From Henriciella sp. (GTDB lineage Bacteria; Pseudomonadota; Alphaproteobacteria; Caulobacterales; Hyphomonadaceae), in contig OZ243114.1 of assembly GCA_965212615.1 (NCBI GenBank), forward strand, positions 3,287,745 through 3,351,744: 64,000 nt of DNA. Direction: 5' to 3'. The stretch's first letter is position 1. Each line of letters begins with the position of its first letter. Shown here piece after piece: positions 37,658 through 47,226 of the stretch. A program made the translations under genes and the position numbers. The notes under the pieces were generated by a model, which worked only from the letters and a program-made list of their open reading frames with translations, was not told the origin of the DNA and made no database searches.

Positions 37658-39130
37658 CTATTTCAAAAATGCCGGGACATCATCGCCAAAGCCGCGGACA
37701 TCGTCGGGGGCAGGGTCGAGGATGAGATCATCATCCTTGCGCTTATAGTCGCGTTTTGCGCGCTCCTTGCGGGGCTTTTCGCTGGTCTTGTCAGCCGCTG
37801 GCTGCGCCGTATCGCGCGACGTGTCGCTGGCCGGTGCGTCAGTGCGGTCGCTGCGCTCGCGGCGTCCGCGACTGCGGCCTTCGCCGCGTCCCTCTCCGCG
37901 TCCGCGACCGCGTCCGCCGCGCTCACCGCGGCCACGCCCGCGGCGGCCATCGGACTCGCTTGGCAGGTCTTCTAATTCTTCGACCAGGCCGTCTGGCATA
38001 TAGTCCTGAACATCAGTCTTGATCAGCATCATCACCCCGCGCCAGGACTTTTCGTCCATCGGGCCGACCATGGTGAAACTCTTGCCTTCGCGTCCGGCCC
38101 GGCCGGTGCGACCGATGCGGTGGACATAATCCTCATCCTTGGGCGGCGGCGCGTAATTGAAGACATGGCCGACATCCGGAATATCAAGCCCGCGCGCAGC
38201 GACGTCAGAGGCGACCAGCAGCTGCAAGTCGCCATCACGGAATCTGTTCAACGTATCCATACGCGCGCTTTGTGGCAGATCACCATGGATCGGTGCGGCG
38301 CTGAAGCCATGTTTTTGCAGCGACTTGGCAACAATATCGACTTCCCGTTTGCGATTGCAAAAGACGATACCATTCTTGACATCGCAGCTTTCAATGATCC
38401 GGCGCAAGGCTGTGCGTTTCGCCTTGTCATCGCCGCGCGGCAGCTTGACGACATGCTGGGCGATGGTCTCGGCGGTCTTGGACTGGCGCGCCACTTCGAT
38501 CCGGATCGGGTCCTTCTGGAAGGTCTTGGCCAGGCGCGCAATCTCTTTCGGCATCGTCGCCGAGAAGAGCAGGGTCTGGCGCCGCGGCGGCAACAGTTTG
38601 CAGATCTTCTCAATGTCCGGAATGAAGCCCATGTCGAGCATCCGGTCGGCTTCATCAATGGTGAAGACTTCAACCCCGGTGAGCAGGATCTTGCCGCGCT
38701 CGAACTGGTCGATCAGACGGCCCGGCGTCGCAATCAGGACATCGACGCCGCGCATCAGTTTCTGTTCCTGTTCCTTGAAGCTGACGCCGCCAATCAGCAG
38801 GGCCATATTGAGCTTCAGGTCCTTGCCATAGGTCTCGAAATTCTCCGCCACCTGGGCTGCGAGTTCGCGCGTCGGGCACAGGATCAGGCTGCGCGGCATG
38901 CGCGCCCGCGCCCGGCCCTTGGTCAGGCGATGCATCATTGGCAGGGTGAAGGCTGCGGTCTTGCCGGTGCCGGTCTGGGCGATGCCCGTGACATCGCCGC
39001 CTTTCTTGATCACCGGAATGGCTTGTTCCTGGATCGGGGTCGGATGCGCATAACCAGCCGCATCGATGGCGCTCTGGATACGAGGGTCGAGATTGAGCTC
39101 GGCGAAGGTAATTTGTGGAGTATCAGTCAA
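37658..39130 (-). CDS. DEAD-box ATP-dependent RNA helicase (RhlE-like) with an Arg/Gly-rich C-terminal tail
   Basis: Q motif, Walker A (AQTGTGKT), DEAD and SAT motifs. The tail is RGRGRGERGGRGRGRGEGRGEGRSRGRRER. Confidence 0.9.
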   Translation of the reverse strand: MTDTPQITFAELNLDPRIQSAIDAAGYAHPTPIQEQAIPVIKKGGDVTGIAQTGTGKTAAFTLPMMHRLTKGRARARMPRSLILCPTRELAAQVAENFETYGKDLKLNMALLIGGVSFKEQEQKLMRGVDVLIATPGRLIDQFERGKILLTGVEVFTIDEADRMLDMGFIPDIEKICKLLPPRRQTLLFSATMPKEIARLAKTFQKDPIRIEVARQSKTAETIAQHVVKLPRGDDKAKRTALRRIIESCDVKNGIVFCNRKREVDIVAKSLQKHGFSAAPIHGDLPQSARMDTLNRFRDGDLQLLVASDVAARGLDIPDVGHVFNYAPPPKDEDYVHRIGRTGRAGREGKSFTMVGPMDEKSWRGVMMLIKTDVQDYMPDGLVEELEDLPSESDGRRGRGRGERGGRGRGRGEGRGEGRSRGRRERSDRTDAPASDTSRDTAQPAADKTSEKPRKERAKRDYKRKDDDLILDPAPDDVRGFGDDVPAFLK

Positions 39131-39243
39131 AATAAGGTCCAGCTGAGGATTGAAAGGTCGGTCACATCAAGCTGTTCCGGATTGAACAGCGGGGCCGACT
39201 TCGAATCACTGCGCCGGCAAGCATGTTGCGGTGCACATAGTGC

Positions 39244-39274
39244 AAAAAAGCCCACCGGCAAAGGTGGGCTTTTC
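39244..39274. terminator. Rho-independent terminator downstream of sodB (minus strand); an A-tract on the other side makes it bidirectional
   Basis: AAAAAAGCCCACC-GGCAA-GGTGGGCTTTTC. Confidence 0.65.
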
Positions 39275-39376
39275 AGTCTGTGGTTCAGTGTGGCTTCTGC
39301 GCCGCGCCGCGAGTGTGGTCATCTGCGCCTGAAACCGGTCAACCGGATCGATATTGTTCTGACTTTGTCAGACCGG

Positions 39377-39982
39377 CTAGGACGCGTCGGCCAAGTTCTG
39401 GTTGGCGAAGTCCCAATTGACCAGATTGTCGAGGAAGCTCGCCATATAATTCGGGCGCGAGTTCTGATAATCGAGATAATAGGCGTGTTCCCAGACATCC
39501 ATGGTCAGGAGCGGCGTGACGCCGTCTTCGGTCAGCGGGGTTTCAGCATTTGGCGTCTTGGTGATGGCAAGCTTGCCGCCCGTCAGCACCAGCCAGGCCC
39601 AGCCAGATCCAAACTGGCCGCCGCCAGCCGCTTTGAACTGCGTCGCGAACGCGTCATACGAGCCGAAATCGCGGTCGATCAGTTCTGCAATCTTGCCGTG
39701 TGGCGCGCCGCCGCCGCCTGGCTTCATCGAGTGCCAGTAGAAAGTATGGTTCCAGACCTGGGCGGCATTGTTGAACAGGCCGGCTTTGGTCGCGTCGCCT
39801 GCGGCTGCTTTGACGATCTGTTCCAGCGATGCAGTGGCCAGATCGGTGCCGTCAATCAGCTTGTTGAGATTCACGACATACGCATTGTGGTGCTTGCCAT
39901 GGTGGAAATTCAGCGTCTCTTCTGAAATATGCGGGGCCAGGCCGTCGCGGCCATAAGGGAGTTCGGGAAGGTCAAAAGCCAT
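39377..39982 (-). CDS. sodB: Fe/Mn superoxide dismutase
   Basis: 201 aa with metal ligands in HHGKHH and DVWEHAYY. Fe-type residues are present. Confidence 0.9.
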   Translation of the reverse strand: MAFDLPELPYGRDGLAPHISEETLNFHHGKHHNAYVVNLNKLIDGTDLATASLEQIVKAAAGDATKAGLFNNAAQVWNHTFYWHSMKPGGGGAPHGKIAELIDRDFGSYDAFATQFKAAGGGQFGSGWAWLVLTGGKLAITKTPNAETPLTEDGVTPLLTMDVWEHAYYLDYQNSRPNYMASFLDNLVNWDFANQNLADAS

Positions 39983-40039
39983 GTCATTGGTCTCCTTGCA
40001 GAAGTTTTTCGCTATTCTTGCTCAGCGCTTGCCACAGAT

Positions 40040-40696
40040 ATGGGTTCGATGACCAGTCCTGCCAGTGATTCTTTGTCAGTTATTTTAACCCGGCTTGAGG
40101 CCCGCATACGCCGAGTCGATGAGGAAAGATGGCTGTCGAGCCGCTACGCGCCGGCGCCGCAGCGGACGACGCTGATCGGCCTTTATGCCTTTTATTACGA
40201 ACTGGCGCGGGTGCGGGTCTCGGTCAGTGATCCGACGCTCGGGCAAATTCGCTTTCAATGGTGGCGCGATGCGCTGTCCGAGTTGATGCGCGGCCAACCG
40301 CGCCAACATGATGTAGTGACGGTGCTGGCGGCCGAGGTCGCGGCCGGTCGCCTGCGGACGCCGGCCTTGCTGGCCATGGTCGAGCGGTTTGAGGCCGCCT
40401 TTCTGAACCATGACCGGGCCGCTGAGCCGGAAGATTTGCTGGCCATCGCTGCGGCCGAGATTTGTGCACCTGAGCGCGCGATTGACCCTGAGCTGTCGCA
40501 GATCGCCCTGGACTGGGCCGAGCTGCGCCGGGGGGCGCGCCTCGCTGCCGCGCTGCGGCGCTATCCTATCCCATCCGATGCGCGTCCGGCGCTGGCGCAT
40601 CTTCGGCTGCGACGCATCTGGGCGCGCGGCGCAAAACCCGGGCGCATGCAAACCCGCCTCTGCATCCTCATGGCCGTGCTGACCGGCACAATCTGA
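40040..40696 (+). CDS. Squalene/phytoene synthase-family (isoprenoid synthase fold) protein, short form
   Basis: LGQIRFQWWRDAL hallmark motif. The ORF-track start at 39929 would overlap the sodB start, so the ATG at 40040 is preferred. Confidence 0.5.
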   Translation: MGSMTSPASDSLSVILTRLEARIRRVDEERWLSSRYAPAPQRTTLIGLYAFYYELARVRVSVSDPTLGQIRFQWWRDALSELMRGQPRQHDVVTVLAAEVAAGRLRTPALLAMVERFEAAFLNHDRAAEPEDLLAIAAAEICAPERAIDPELSQIALDWAELRRGARLAAALRRYPIPSDARPALAHLRLRRIWARGAKPGRMQTRLCILMAVLTGTI

Positions 40697-40714
40697 GCCC
40701 GCAGCGACAAAATG

Positions 40715-40734
40715 GTGAACAGTGTTCACTTTTT
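40715..40734 (+). promoter_or_regulatory. Perfect palindrome GTGAACAGTGTTCAC followed by TTTTT, between the phytoene-synthase-like gene and tolC; either a terminator or an operator
   Basis: Read directly from the sequence. Confidence 0.4.
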
Positions 40735-40783
40735 GGTATGGATCACTAAATATATCCGCAAATAGTAAGCGACGAGGCCTCCC

Positions 40784-42094
40784 ATGTTCCGCAAATCCGT
40801 GCTGATTTCTCTGTCTGCATTGCTGCTCGCCATGCCAGGCCAGTCTGAAACCTTGCCGCAGGCTCTGGATCAGGCCTTCCAGACCAATCCGGCACTCGCG
40901 GCGCAGCGCGCCGATGTCGGGGTCGCGCGCGAACAGTTGAGCCAGGCCCGTGGGGCGAGGGCGCCGACCATCGACCTGTCCGGCTCGACCACGTTCGAGT
41001 CGCTCGACAGCAATCAGCCAATCGCCTTCAACACGGGTGAAAACACGCTCGCCTCAGCGCAATTGCGGGCAACGCTGCCAGTCTATACAGGCGGCCAGAT
41101 CAATGCTGGCATCGCCCAGGCTGAGGCTGGTATTCTTGCTGCTGACGCCCAGTTTGATGGCGTCGCTCAGGATCTCATCCTGAATGTCGTCACCGCTTAT
41201 GTGGATGTCCTGCGTGACCGCGAAGCGATCCTTATTCGGGCCAATAGCGTTGCCTTGCTGGAAGAACAGTTGCGGGCTGCAACCGACCGGTTCGAAGTCG
41301 GCTTTGCCACCCGCACGGATGTCAAACAGGCCGAAGCCCGTTTGCAAGGTGCCCGGGCGGCCCTGGCCGGCGCCGAAGCCCAATTGCAGGCTTCGCTGTC
41401 GATCTATGAACTGTATGTGGGTCAGCCGGCTGGCGACCTCGTGCCCGTGCCGGATGCGCCGATCTTGCCGGACAGTTTCGAGCTGTCCTTGCAATCTGCG
41501 CTCGCCGACAATCCTGATCTGAAAGCCTCGCGCGAAGCCGAACGCGCGGCCGAGCAAGCGATCAAGTCGGCCCAGGGCGCGACCCGGCCGAGCCTGTCCA
41601 TTGTCGGCTCTGCCAGCGTGCAGGAGACATTCGACCAGGAAGCGACGGCAATTTCGCCAACCATGGGCTTCATCACCTTGCCACCGGACAATTATCGCGA
41701 CACCCAGCTGCGCCTGATGGCCCAGGGCAGCGTGCCGCTATTCCAGGGCGGTATTCTGCGCAGCCGCGTCCGGGCGGCGCGTCTCGAGCGCGACCAGGCC
41801 CGGCTCCAGACCGTGAATGCCGAGCGCCAGATCACGGCCAGCGTGGCCCAGGCCTGGTATGCGAATATTGCAGCAGAACAGGCGATCACAGCCTCAGAGC
41901 GCCAGGTCGAAGCGGCCGAGATTGCTTATGAAGGGGCGCAGGAAGAGCTCAGCGTTGGTACCCGCACGACGCTGGATGTGCTCGACCAGGAACAGCAATT
42001 GCTGGAAGCTCGCCTGGGCCTGATCGAGGCCCGCCGCGATGCCTATGTCGCCACCCACCAATTGCTGCGCGCGATGGGCCAGCTGTCGCTCTGA
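40784..42094 (+). CDS. tolC: TolC-family outer membrane efflux / type I secretion protein
   Basis: 436 aa with a signal peptide and two TolC repeats carrying the characteristic helical/beta segments. Confidence 0.8.
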   Translation: MFRKSVLISLSALLLAMPGQSETLPQALDQAFQTNPALAAQRADVGVAREQLSQARGARAPTIDLSGSTTFESLDSNQPIAFNTGENTLASAQLRATLPVYTGGQINAGIAQAEAGILAADAQFDGVAQDLILNVVTAYVDVLRDREAILIRANSVALLEEQLRAATDRFEVGFATRTDVKQAEARLQGARAALAGAEAQLQASLSIYELYVGQPAGDLVPVPDAPILPDSFELSLQSALADNPDLKASREAERAAEQAIKSAQGATRPSLSIVGSASVQETFDQEATAISPTMGFITLPPDNYRDTQLRLMAQGSVPLFQGGILRSRVRAARLERDQARLQTVNAERQITASVAQAWYANIAAEQAITASERQVEAAEIAYEGAQEELSVGTRTTLDVLDQEQQLLEARLGLIEARRDAYVATHQLLRAMGQLSL

Positions 42095-42202
42095 GGGCCG
42101 AGGTTAGGCCGCCGGCGCGGCTTATGTTAACTTTGAGTCGTAATTGCTTGTTAACCGAGCTGCGATAGCCGGTTAATAGAAAACGAATCAGTGGGAACGG
42201 CA

Positions 42203-42895
42203 ATGGCGGAACCAGCGCAAAAAGAACCGACCATGGAGGAGATCCTCTCTTCCATTCGCAAAATCATCGCGGACGACGACGCCCCGGCGCAAGACGCAGC
42301 GGAGACCATCACCGAAGACGAGCTCGACGTGTTTGACGAGATCGATCTCCCGGAGAGTTCCAGCGATGAAGCGATCATCGAGTCAGAGGAAGATGTCCTC
42401 GCAGCGATCAGCCAGTCGATGGAAGATGTCGCAGACGAGTTCGAGGTTGAGGCCGCGGCTGATCCGGTTGGCGAAGACGAGCCATTCGAGTTTGAAGTCG
42501 AAGAAGACAGCTTTGAATCCTTGGTCGAAGAAGAGTTTGACGGCGTTGAGGATTTCGCCGCAGCCGAAGACAGTTTTGAACCTGTCGAAGAAGAAACCCC
42601 TGTCATGGAAGCCGAGCCGCTTTCCGAGTTTGCCCTTGAAGAGGAGACACCCATGTCTGCAAAACCCGCCCCGCTGACCGATACAGCGACTGTTACTGCA
42701 GCGGCCGGTGCGCTCGGAAAACTGCTTGAAAATGTCGAGTTTGGCGAAGATGCTGGCGGCACCACCACGATTGAAGGCCTGGTGCGCGAGATGATGCGTC
42801 CGATGCTGAAAGAGTGGCTGGACGAGAATCTGCCAGGCATCGTCGAGAAACATGTCGAAGCCGAAGTGCAGCGGATTGCACGCATGGCTGGCTAG
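42203..42895 (+). CDS. popZ: Polar organizing protein PopZ (DUF2497)
   Basis: The N-terminus (KEPTMEEILSSIRKIIADDDA) and C-terminus (GLVREMMRPMLKEWLDENLPGIVEKHVEAEVQRIAR) both match PopZ. A long acidic linker lies between them. It has the tolC-popZ-valS synteny seen in alphaproteobacteria. Confidence 0.85.
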   Translation: MAEPAQKEPTMEEILSSIRKIIADDDAPAQDAAETITEDELDVFDEIDLPESSSDEAIIESEEDVLAAISQSMEDVADEFEVEAAADPVGEDEPFEFEVEEDSFESLVEEEFDGVEDFAAAEDSFEPVEEETPVMEAEPLSEFALEEETPMSAKPAPLTDTATVTAAAGALGKLLENVEFGEDAGGTTTIEGLVREMMRPMLKEWLDENLPGIVEKHVEAEVQRIARMAG

Positions 42896-42923
42896 ACCGA
42901 CTGAAATCCTCTGCTAAAGAGAC

Positions 42924-42956
42924 GGGCGCGCCAGACACGGCGCGCCTTTTCTTTTA
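42924..42956 (+). terminator. Rho-independent terminator after popZ
   Basis: GGGCGCGCC-AGACAC-GGCGCGCC followed by TTTTCTTTT. Confidence 0.75.
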
Positions 42957-42976
42957 TCTGACTGACCGGACGTATT

Positions 42977-45900
42977 TTGATGATCGACCAGCGTTTTGAC
43001 CCTAAGGCTCACGAACAGCGTATCTATCAGCGCTGGGAAGAGGCGGGCTGCTTCAAGCCAAGCATGGACACCGCGGCTGAGCCTTATGCGATCATGATCC
43101 CGCCACCAAATGTGACCGGCAGCCTGCATATGGGCCATGCCCTCAACAATACGATCCAGGACATCCTGTGCCGGTTCGAACGGATGCGCGGCAAGAATGT
43201 CCGCTGGCAGCCGGGCATGGACCATGCCGGCATTGCTACACAAATGGTAGTCGAACGTCAGCTTGCCGCCAGCGGCAATCAGGATCGCCGCTCGATGGGG
43301 CGCGACGCCTTTGTCGAAAAGGTCTGGGAATGGAAGGAAGAATCCGGCGGCACGATCCTGAACCAGCTCAAACGCCTCGGCGCCTCGTGCGACTGGGACA
43401 ATACCAAGTTCACGCTTGATGATGACATGAACGTCGCCGTCAACAAGGTGTTTGTCGAGCTTTATAATCAAGGCCTGATCTATCGCGCCAAACGCCTGGT
43501 CAACTGGGACCCGCATTTCCAGACCGCGATTTCCAATCTCGAAGTCGAGAATAAGGAAGTCGATGGCCATATGTGGCATTTCAAATACCCGCTCGCCGGC
43601 GGCGAAACTTATACTTATGTCGAGAAGGACGCGGACGGAAACATCACGCTGGAGGAGACTCGCGATTACATTTCCATCGCCACGACCCGGCCAGAGACGA
43701 TGCTCGGGGACGGCGCCGTGGCGGTGCATCCGTCTGATGCGCGTTATGCGCCGATTGTCGGCAAACTGTGTGAGATCCCGGTCGGACCGAAACAGCATCG
43801 CCGCCTGATCCCGATCATCACCGATGATTATCCTGATCCAGATTTTGGCTCAGGTGCGGTGAAGATTACCGGCGCGCATGACTTTAACGATTATCAAGTC
43901 GCCAAGCGCGGCGGCATTCCGATGTATGCGCTGATGGACGAAAAGGGCTATATGCGCGCCGACGGCAAGGCCTATGCCGAAGCGGCCGCTGTCGCCCAGC
44001 GTATTGCCGAGGGCGCCGAAGACTTTGACGAAGCCAAGATCGCGGCGATGAACCTGGTCCCGGACGCGTATCGCGGCCTCGACCGGTTCGAGGCGCGCAA
44101 GGCGGTGATTGCTGACATTACCGCTGAGGGCAATGCGGTGATGGTGGCCGATCCGAAATGGAAACCGGAAGCGGCGGACGAGGTCCCGGCTCAAGGCCGG
44201 GAAGACACGGCGCCACTGATCCCGCTGGTCGAGACCAAGAAGATCATGCAGCCATTCGGCGACCGCTCAGGCGTGGTCATCGAGCCGATGCTGACGGATC
44301 AATGGTTCGTCGATGCCGAAACACTGGCCAAGCCTGCAATTGAGGCAGTGCGCGATGGCCGGACCAGGTTCGTGCCCGAGAATTGGGACCGGACCTATTA
44401 CAATTGGATGGAAAATATCGAACCCTGGTGCATCTCGCGCCAGCTCTGGTGGGGGCATCGGATCCCGGTTTGGTACCTTTTGGGGCGCGATGAAGAGGGA
44501 CAGCCTCAAAACCCTATTTCGGGGAAGTTCCAATCGATTTGGGCTGGCGAAACATTTGAGGATGTGGCGAAGAAAATTCGAGAAAAGACCGGTGTTAATG
44601 AGGTGCTAGAATGCACCATCGGGTTCTCGGGCGAAGCGAATTCGCTTCCGGCGATCCCAGCTATGGACGCCCACTTGGGCAACGCGAGTCCGAATGCAAC
44701 CACACTATACGTCTATCGAGACGAAGACGTGCTCGATACCTGGTTCAGCTCTGCGCTCTGGCCGTTCTCGACCCAGGGCTGGCCGGACGAGACCGACGGG
44801 CTGAAAGCCTTCTATCCGGGCGCCACCCTCGTCACTGCATTTGACATCATCTTCTTCTGGGTCGCCCGGATGATGATGATGGGGATCAAGTTCATGGACG
44901 GCGAAATCCCGTTCAGGGATGTCTACATCCACGCCATCGTTCGCGACGAGAACGGCAAGAAAATGTCCAAGTCTGAGGGCAATGTGGTTGACCCGGTCGA
45001 CCTGATTGACGGCATCGAGATCGACGCCCTGGTCAAGAAACGCACCACTGGACTGAGACAACCGGAAAAGGCGCCGCAAGTCGAGAAGGCGACCCGCAAG
45101 CGCTATCCGCAAGGATTCGAAGCTTATGGCGCTGACGCGCTGCGGTTCACCCTGGCCGCCATGGCGACCAAGGGGCGGGACATCAATCTGTCCGTCGATC
45201 GCGTCGCGGGCTATCGAAATTTCGGCTCGAAATTGTGGAGCGCGACTCGATTCGCACAAATGTACGAAGCCACGTTTGGCGGCTCGGTAAACCCGGAAAC
45301 ACTACGGCTGGCGCTGAATCAATGGATCATTGGTGAGCTGTATAAATGCTGCGCTGAGGTGTCAGAAGCGATTGAGGATTATCGCTTCAATGATGCCGCT
45401 GATGCGGCTTACCATTTTGTCTGGGATGTGTTCTGCGACTGGTATCTGGAGCTCTCCAAACCGATCCTGCAAGGCCAAGATGGGGCCGACAAGGACGAAA
45501 CCCGCCTTGTCCTCGCCTGGACGCTGGAACAAATTTTCGCATTGTTGCACCCATTCATGCCTTTCCTGACTGAAACGCTGTGGGAGCAGACCGCAGAACG
45601 CTCTGACTTCCTGATGCAGCAAGCCTGGCCGGGCCTCGCCAAGGGCTATGACAACCCGGCTGCGACGGCCGAGCTTGGCTGGGTGCTGAAGATCATTTCG
45701 CAAGTCCGCTCGGTTCGCGCTGATGTCAATGTGCCAGCCGGCGCCAAAGTGCCTGCCAGCCTGGTCGGCGCCAGCGACGAGACGGCCAAACGCCTCGCCG
45801 CCCATGGCGATGTGATCAAGCGCCTGGCGCGGCTCGAAAAGCTCGAGTTGGCGGAAACCGCAGCAGCTGGGTCCGTCAAAACTGTCATCGATGAGGCGAC

Positions 45901-46135
45901 CGTGGTGTTGGAAATCGCTGATCTCATCGATGCTGGCGAGGAAGTGGCGCGGCTGGACAAGCAGCTCGGCAAGCTCGGCGGCGAGATTACCGGCCTCGAA
46001 AAACGCCTCGGGAATGACGCCTTTGTGGCCAAGGCGCCAGCCGAAGTGGTGGCGGAACAACGCGACCGCCTTGCCGAATTGCAAGGGACGCGCGACAAAT
46101 TGAGCGCGGCGCGGGATCAGCTCGCCGCTCTGTAA
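42977..46135 (+). CDS. valS: Valyl-tRNA synthetase (long form, 1052 aa, with a C-terminal coiled coil)
   Basis: HIGH-like (PNVTGSLHMGHA) and KMSKS motifs, plus the editing domain. An internal insertion of atypical composition lies after GHRIPVWY. Confidence 0.95.
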   Translation: MMIDQRFDPKAHEQRIYQRWEEAGCFKPSMDTAAEPYAIMIPPPNVTGSLHMGHALNNTIQDILCRFERMRGKNVRWQPGMDHAGIATQMVVERQLAASGNQDRRSMGRDAFVEKVWEWKEESGGTILNQLKRLGASCDWDNTKFTLDDDMNVAVNKVFVELYNQGLIYRAKRLVNWDPHFQTAISNLEVENKEVDGHMWHFKYPLAGGETYTYVEKDADGNITLEETRDYISIATTRPETMLGDGAVAVHPSDARYAPIVGKLCEIPVGPKQHRRLIPIITDDYPDPDFGSGAVKITGAHDFNDYQVAKRGGIPMYALMDEKGYMRADGKAYAEAAAVAQRIAEGAEDFDEAKIAAMNLVPDAYRGLDRFEARKAVIADITAEGNAVMVADPKWKPEAADEVPAQGREDTAPLIPLVETKKIMQPFGDRSGVVIEPMLTDQWFVDAETLAKPAIEAVRDGRTRFVPENWDRTYYNWMENIEPWCISRQLWWGHRIPVWYLLGRDEEGQPQNPISGKFQSIWAGETFEDVAKKIREKTGVNEVLECTIGFSGEANSLPAIPAMDAHLGNASPNATTLYVYRDEDVLDTWFSSALWPFSTQGWPDETDGLKAFYPGATLVTAFDIIFFWVARMMMMGIKFMDGEIPFRDVYIHAIVRDENGKKMSKSEGNVVDPVDLIDGIEIDALVKKRTTGLRQPEKAPQVEKATRKRYPQGFEAYGADALRFTLAAMATKGRDINLSVDRVAGYRNFGSKLWSATRFAQMYEATFGGSVNPETLRLALNQWIIGELYKCCAEVSEAIEDYRFNDAADAAYHFVWDVFCDWYLELSKPILQGQDGADKDETRLVLAWTLEQIFALLHPFMPFLTETLWEQTAERSDFLMQQAWPGLAKGYDNPAATAELGWVLKIISQVRSVRADVNVPAGAKVPASLVGASDETAKRLAAHGDVIKRLARLEKLELAETAAAGSVKTVIDEATVVLEIADLIDAGEEVARLDKQLGKLGGEITGLEKRLGNDAFVAKAPAEVVAEQRDRLAELQGTRDKLSAARDQLAAL

Positions 46136-46145
46136 GGAGACTGCC

Positions 46146-47159
46146 ATGCTAAGACATTCAATTGCCGCCCTGGCCATCGCCCTGGCCGGGTGCGCGACAT
46201 CGCATGCCGAACCGGCAGAGGAGGTGGAGGTGACAACCGAGGCAGACCGTCCCGAATGGCGCCTGGTCATCCATGGCGGCGCCGGGGTGATCCTGCGCGA
46301 AAATCTGACGCCAGAGCGCGAAGCTGCCTACACCGCGGCGCTGGAAACCGCGCTAGAGGCAGGCGCCGCGGTGCTGCGCGATGGCGGCTCGGCGGTTGAT
46401 GCCGTCCAAGCTGCGGTCATCCCGATGGAAGATGACCCGCTGTTCAATGCCGGGCATGGCGCGGTGTTCACCGCAGCTGCTCAGCATGAACTCGACGCCT
46501 CGATCATGAGCGGGGCAGGGCGCGATGCCGGTGCTGTCGCCGGTGTGAAGCGGGTCAAGAACCCGATCCTCGCCGCGCGGGCGGTGATGGACCAGTCCGA
46601 ACATGTGATGTTTGCCGGGGCCGGCGCCGACGCGTTTGCCGAATCAGTCGGTCTGGCGCTGGTCGACAATCGCTATTTCGATACTGAAGGCCGGCGTCTG
46701 TCGCTCGAACGCGTGCTGCGCGAGCGGTCGCGAAATGATGCTGACCGGCATGGCACGGTCGGGGCTGTCGCGATGGATCAGGACGGCAATCTCGCGGCTG
46801 CGACGACAACCGGCGGGATGACGGCCAAGGCGGCCGGTCGAATTGGTGACTCGCCGCTGATTGGCGCCGCGACTTATGCGCAGAACGGCGTCTGCGCGGT
46901 CTCGGCCACCGGTCATGGTGAGTATTTCATCCGCGTCGCGGTGGCCAAGACAATCTGTTCGCGGGTTGAACTGGCTGGCGAAAGTGTCGGCGAGGCGGCT
47001 CAGAACGCGCTCGATCAGGTTGCTGACCTGGGCGGCGATGGCGGTGTCGTCGTGATCGATGGCAAGGGCCAGTATGAGTATGTTTTCAACTCAAAGGGCA
47101 TGTATCGCGGCATGATCGACCCTGACGGGATGGAAACGGCCATATTCGAGCAAGAATAG
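46146..47159 (+). CDS. Isoaspartyl peptidase / L-asparaginase (Ntn hydrolase), lipoprotein
   Basis: Lipobox LAGC. The Ntn autoproteolysis site is GTVGAV, with the HGG motif upstream. Confidence 0.85.
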   Translation: MLRHSIAALAIALAGCATSHAEPAEEVEVTTEADRPEWRLVIHGGAGVILRENLTPEREAAYTAALETALEAGAAVLRDGGSAVDAVQAAVIPMEDDPLFNAGHGAVFTAAAQHELDASIMSGAGRDAGAVAGVKRVKNPILAARAVMDQSEHVMFAGAGADAFAESVGLALVDNRYFDTEGRRLSLERVLRERSRNDADRHGTVGAVAMDQDGNLAAATTTGGMTAKAAGRIGDSPLIGAATYAQNGVCAVSATGHGEYFIRVAVAKTICSRVELAGESVGEAAQNALDQVADLGGDGGVVVIDGKGQYEYVFNSKGMYRGMIDPDGMETAIFEQE

Positions 47160-47226
47160 ACCCTTTTTCCACGGTGACAGATGCGTATGGAGCGGCTAAG
47201 GCTCGGCCCAGTAAAGGAAGACCATC

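Noticed and set aside
37760-37960. GC-rich short tandem repeats that look superficially like a repeat array
   Set aside because: They are in frame within the helicase gene and encode its RGRGRGERGG low-complexity tail. There are no spacers and no CRISPR-like periodicity.
38120-39925. 601-aa plus-strand ORF
   Set aside because: It is antisense to the DEAD-box helicase and sodB, both of which have unmistakable motifs, so this is a shadow ORF.
39929-40039. Upstream start for the phytoene-synthase-like ORF
   Set aside because: It would overlap the sodB 5' end by about 50 bp in divergent orientation, so the internal ATG at 40040 is preferred.
42300-42660. Acidic low-complexity repeat region
   Set aside because: It encodes the Glu/Asp/Pro-rich linker of PopZ, not a DNA-level repeat element.
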